Positions 58,972-64,000 of a DNA stretch of 64,000 nucleotides are shown here, piece by piece. The translations under genes and the position numbers were made by a program. This DNA is from Rhynchopus sp. YZ270_cl-10. Its lineage: Eukaryota. Numbering within the stretch: the stretch's first letter is position 1; the number at the start of each line of letters is the position of its first letter. The DNA is taken from NCBI GenBank assembly GCA_964035575.1, contig OZ037838.1, forward strand, positions 1,860,001-1,924,000, written 5' to 3'. Under the pieces are notes generated by a model. The model was not told the DNA's origin. It ran no database searches and saw only the letters and a list, made by a program, of their open reading frames with translations.

Positions 58972-61900
58972 ATGCCTCTTGACGGCCCCTCCGCAGTACG
59001 GTTCCGTCACATGAGTGCACCTACGATGCGTGGGTCTGCTTCGTTCCCTGCCAGTGCCCCTGTACTGCGTCCCAATGCACATCATGAGGCAGTGAGCTAC
59101 ACCGACTGTGTCATCGCCATGGTGCATGCTCTTAGAGAGAGTGCTCCGTTGTGTGTCCCGCAGACATCAGACCTGGCGAGCCCGCAGATGCTTCACGATG
59201 AAGCGGTGTATTTGCAGCAGCAAACCCCAGTCAGCGACAGCGACCTGCCCACCACAGAGCGGCTGACAAATGTGCAGCGCTTTCAGCTCTCCGAGGGGAT
59301 TACCGTGAGCAGCATCGCGCCGGCGATTTTTGCGAGAATAATGTGCTGGTGTGGTGTGACAATGGATGAGTTCCTCGCAGACTGGTGCGCGACGTTTGGG
59401 ACAGTCAGCTCTGCACCAAGCCGAGGTAAAAGCGCGTCCGCCTTTGTAACCTCCGCTTCAGGCCGCTTCCTCATGAAGACCATCAATCTGGAGGAGTTCA
59501 CCTCCCTGCATGTCATGCTGCCGTCGTACTATGCACATCTGTTGGACAATCCGAACTCGCTTCTCCCACGCCATTTCGGCGCTTTTTCAGTAAAACGTAC
59601 TAGAGTGCACGATCAGAAGTGGTTTACCATAATGCCCAACATCGTACACCACACTGGCGGTGTGCTGCGTGTGTACGACCTGAAGGGTTCCACATACCAC
59701 AGAGCTGCGTCGGAACGTGATGCTGCAGCTTCTCCACCGCTTCTGAAGGACAACGATTTGCTGCAGAGACGTGAACGCTTTACGGTGACATCGGTGGCAC
59801 GTAAGATGCTCCTCGCGCAGCTGGAGGCAGACGTGGCGTGGCTGGCGTCGACGAACCGTATGGACTATTCGCTTCTTGTAGGTGTGTGCGGTGCGGATCA
59901 AGCGCGGTGGAAGCCCTGTGGGTACACGGTGCTGCACGACAGCGCTGCTGCGCCCATCGTGTGTGCAGGGATTATTGACATTCTGCAAGATTATAACCTC
60001 AAAAAGCAGGTCGCGCACACATTGAAAACGACAGTCGGTGCGCCGGAGCAGGAGCTCAGCACGGTGCCCGCTGCAAGCTATGGGAAGCGCTTTTTGGCGT
60101 TCATGTCGTCGTCGCTCTTTGAGAAGGAGCGTGATGCGTACATCAACTTCTTTCTCGATCCTGAGCAGACAGCAGCGTCGCAGCGCTCTGCACTGCACCG
60201 TGACGATGCGATCGCTGCTGGGGATGTGGTGGGGCGCACACACAACGAGGTGCTCACGCTTGACGTCATGTCGCCCAACGTACGTTCCCTTGTCGTTGTC
60301 TCCGAGGTGCGCCTGCCTGCCACCACACACCGTGCAGAGACACAGCGTCCAGGGTCGCCAGAGGTCGCGCCAGAAGACGGTACACGGTTTCCCTCGGAAC
60401 CGGCCGAGGCACGAGAGGAGGACAATATGCTGCTGTACACCTGCAAGAGTGGCAGTGATGTCCCCGTGAACGTGGTTGGCCCTGTGTCGCGTGGTGATAT
60501 GCTGGTCCCCAGTGGTCGTAGCGATGGTACTGCAGTCGCAGTGCCGCAAGGCTGTGCTGCCCCCGCATATGTGTTTGGCGTAGTGGAGAGTGTCCCGACA
60601 CGCATGCACCACCCCAGCACTGCAGCAACGAAGTACACAGTCGTGCGTGCGACCGTGTCGGCGCACTGCATAGTGGACGAGAAGATCCCTTGGATGAAGC
60701 TGGTCCTCAGCGATACGCACAGCGGCCTGGGAAGCCAGGCGATGTGGGTTGCCGCGAACGACGATGAAGCTGTTGCACTTACGCGGTCCTGTGCGCTCAA
60801 CCCCACTGGGCTGTCGTACGTTAAGATGTACGAAATGTGGCTCACAATCGACTGGCTTGCAGGGGAGATGACAAAGGACACTGAGGTCATCCCTATCCGT
60901 TGCGACTCAAACATCGTGATGGAGAGTGTGAGCAGGCACATCGCACAGCGGCGCCACAAAGCTGCGTCTAACGTGCAGGCCTTCTCGGGTGCGAAGCCAC
61001 GTCTCGACAACAGTCTTTTGATGTCGTCGTTCTCGATGCCCAGCGCTGCAGAGGTGCCGCTTGGGCAGCTCACACCACGCAGTTCTGTTGTCGTGAAGCG
61101 TGCCGAGACGTCGTTGGGTGGGTGGATCAGGAACTGGCTGTTCAGGCGCAACACGTCGTCGTTCTCGCACTTTGCGGAGATTGCACGCGACCACTACCGT
61201 GCAAACCAGACGTGCGCGTCGTCTGCTCTGGTCAAGGGTCCTGGCGTACTCAAGCGGGTTCTCTCCTACCTCGCCATCCCCGACCTTGGCAGCGTTGCGC
61301 GTGTGTGCCGGCAGTGGCACCAACACTCCCTCTCGCAAGACCTATGGGAGGCACTACTGCAGCTGTACAGCATTCCCGTAGGCGACGTCGGTTCCATCAC
61401 CGTGCATGCGAAGCAGCGCTACCAGCACGCACGCCGCTCACACCTCCTCAAGTCCGAGAAGTGGAACGAAGACTTCGGCCTGCGCTACCCTCTGTACGGC
61501 GCTGGGAGGCAGCGCCTGCTGAAATGTGCTGGGGAGCTTGACTTATATGACATGGCGTTTCAACGGGTGGGGGTATGGCCTTTGGTTTTGCTGAATGTTC
61601 TCAACAATCCTTTACGCATTCTGAACACTTTTTTACCACACTTTTTTGTTCACTGCTATCTCTTTGGCAATATTCCAACACCACACCACAGCCACCACAC
61701 CGCATCATCGTCGACTTTGCCCTCTTCAAGCGTGAACGCAGCCACTGTGCGCCCTCGGCAGAGGTGTGGGAGGTCGACAAGGCGTTCCCTTCGCTGTGGC
61801 CCAACCTCCGTAGGCAGTACCTGCGCAGTCTCTTCACGCTGCGCTTTGAGACGACAGCACCGGAGCACAGCTCCGCAACGGAAAGGTATCCACACCATCA

Positions 61901-63116
61901 ACAAAACCTTGTCATCACGTTGCGCACAACCAGAAGGATTGCACCTAATGTGAGCTTTGTGCTCCCCTGACTATGTTTGATCATATACCCTATACCCATA
62001 TGCACGATAGCCCATTTGGCAAAGGATTTCCCCAACTCGGTACTTCCCAATCGTCTTTGTGAAGTACTACAAATACTAAAACACCTATTTATCAATCCCC
62101 CCTATATTCTTCATTCATTTCTCTGTGTCCACAGATTGGCCTTTCTCCGCATCAACGTGATTGAGTGGCTAGGTCCCATCCGCTACGAGCTGCGCTGGGA
62201 GGAGGGCGGCCTGCTCGTCACGCTTGAGTCGCGCAACGACATGGAGTACGTCCTCGAGCGCTACCGGAAGGGCGAGGGGCTTGCCTTCGCTGTGTCGTAC
62301 TACTCAACGATGCAGTGGGGGAAGGAAGTGTTCACGTGGGACGTCGCGAAGCGTCGCTTGTGGGCAGCGTGCCCTGGGACAGGTGCCAGCTCCTTCCGAC
62401 CTGCCGCTCAGGCGCCGCCACCACTGTCTGCCTCAGTGTTCGAAGAGTATTCTCGCACCTCCGCAGACGCAGCGTCCCTGCGTACCACTCTGGCAGATGT
62501 CTTCGAGGAACACCTCTTCCCAGGCCACTGCGGCGTGGCCCTGCACAACCCACCCACACCACCCGACGCTGACCAAAAGTCTCTCGAGGTCTACGAGATC
62601 CGCGACTCCGACAAAGTGCCCATCCCAGGCCAGGTCTTTCCCGTGCTCTTCGCAACAAGCCATGCGGTGGTGGCGGTGGTGGAGGTCAACTCTGCACTTC
62701 CTGTTCTCTCTGAGGACGAGGCGAGGGCACATCCGTTGGGGCATCTGCTGATCCAGGGGCATGGTGGTTTGGAGCCGTATGTGCTGTGCAGTATGGATCA
62801 GGTGCGGTGCGACCGTGAGCCGCTGGCACGCCTCATGACAGCAGTGGACATCATCATGAGTGGGCACGCCACGGCATCTGCCTCCTACACGGTTGCGGTG
62901 GAAGGCCAACGTATGCAGGACAGCGACACGTACTCACTCCCCCCGCTCTGGACGTGCCCTGCACTGCAGCACAAACGTGATGAGATACTAGAGGTCCTAA
63001 CCGGCCAGGCCACAACCATGGATGTGCTCGATCCATGTGTCCAGGAGGATCTCCATGCATGCATGCAAACAGACATCACTGCCTATCAACAGCCACGCGG
63101 ACCTCCAGTAAACTGA
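58972..63116 (+). CDS. PIP4/5-kinase-domain protein with F-box and PB1-like domains, 3 exons
   Basis: PIPK motifs GKSAS, LMKTI, YDLKGST, KDND, MDYSLLVG, GIIDILQ; F-box VLSYL...L..VARVCRQW...DLW. Exons 58972-61572, 61692-61885, 62135-63116 are frame-compatible via GT-AG introns; the true start is uncertain. Confidence 0.8.
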
Positions 63117-63920
63117 GGGGAAATTGTAAAATATTGGGAGAGATTGGGTGGGGTGGTAATATAACGAAAATTGAAAAAACAAAACGTTTGTGTGATGTCA
63201 ATTTTTCCCTAAGGGTGTGTTTAGGTTAGGACAGTGAAAGGACACTGAAAGGGTTTGTCAAGCTTTTGTCCACCTTTTTCCCCTGTTTTTAAGATACATC
63301 GCAAATTCCCCGTAACCGTACGAATAGCCCATACGTCGAGTGTTCCGAAAGGTGAGGTGTACTGTTGCAGATGCATATCATTTGCCACAACGCCTTATGT
63401 AGGAATACTCACATCCGTGTGTACATCTGTTGATTCCCTTCCAAGTGGAACCCAATATTGTATTATTTTTGTGATTTAATTGAGCTATACACTTTGTACA
63501 GCTCTAACGAATGAAACAATGGGAGCTGGCACCAACAATAATTTGGTCTACAAAATATAATAAAATGGGACCGAAAGGTGAAAACATTTTTTGAGGCGTT
63601 AACAACAAACATTAAAGACCACCGCTCCACTACCTGTTTCGAATAACGCGACCGACTTTTTATTTTTGGGGTGTGTGGAATACAAGAAAGTAACCAGATG
63701 ACTAGTACCCCTCCCTGCCCCACCTATTCTGTTTCTTTGGTGTTCCACAGTCATGTCAGCACGGTCTTTGCTAGACAACAGCTCTCTGCGTACGACACTG
63801 TGTCGTTCTTGGAGACTCACTTTGCATGTGTCCTGTCGCGATCTTCTTTATTCTCCGAAGTGCATGCATCGTAAACTACAACACAAAACACAGTTACACA
63901 CAAAACACAACACAACAACC

Positions 63921-64000
63921 ATGGACGTGACCATTCAAAGCTTCGATAAGAAGGACCACGTCATCAAGGTGGGTGTGGACGATACTGTGATGGACGTGCG
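63921..64000 (+). CDS. Start of a gene with probable N-terminal ubiquitin-like domain (truncated by window edge)
   Basis: CA-rich leader then MDVTIQSFDKKDHVIKVGVDDTVMDVR, similar in pattern to the ubiquitin N-terminus. Confidence 0.5.
   Translation, partial: MDVTIQSFDKKDHVIKVGVDDTVMDV

Overview
Eukaryotic, transposon-rich genomic DNA. GT-AG introns end in CA-rich ...CAG acceptors and every host gene is on the + strand, which suggests a euglenozoan, possibly a diplonemid (inference only). Host genes: seven copies of an uncharacterised ubiquitin-like (UBL) + 7-bladed beta-propeller gene, a MORN-repeat protein, TSG101/Vps23, a soluble class III adenylyl cyclase with GAF-like regions, a PIP-kinase/F-box/PB1-like fusion and a small putatively acylated protein. 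Mobile elements: the 3' part of an RLE-type non-LTR retrotransposon with a C-terminal OTU-like protease, an intact DD37E Tc1-like transposon, hAT/MULE/CACTA-like non-autonomous elements with clear target-site duplications (TSDs), and ~1.2 kb TAGGGG...CCCCTA foldback palindromes sitting in poly-C/poly-G tracts. The best candidate for an undescribed system is the UBL-propeller array. The UBL DNA is almost invariant, the propeller framework is conserved, the loops predicted on one face are hypervariable, and segments are shuffled between copies. This resembles a diversifying receptor repertoire coupled to the ubiquitin system. All domain calls come from motif recognition by eye; no database searches were run.
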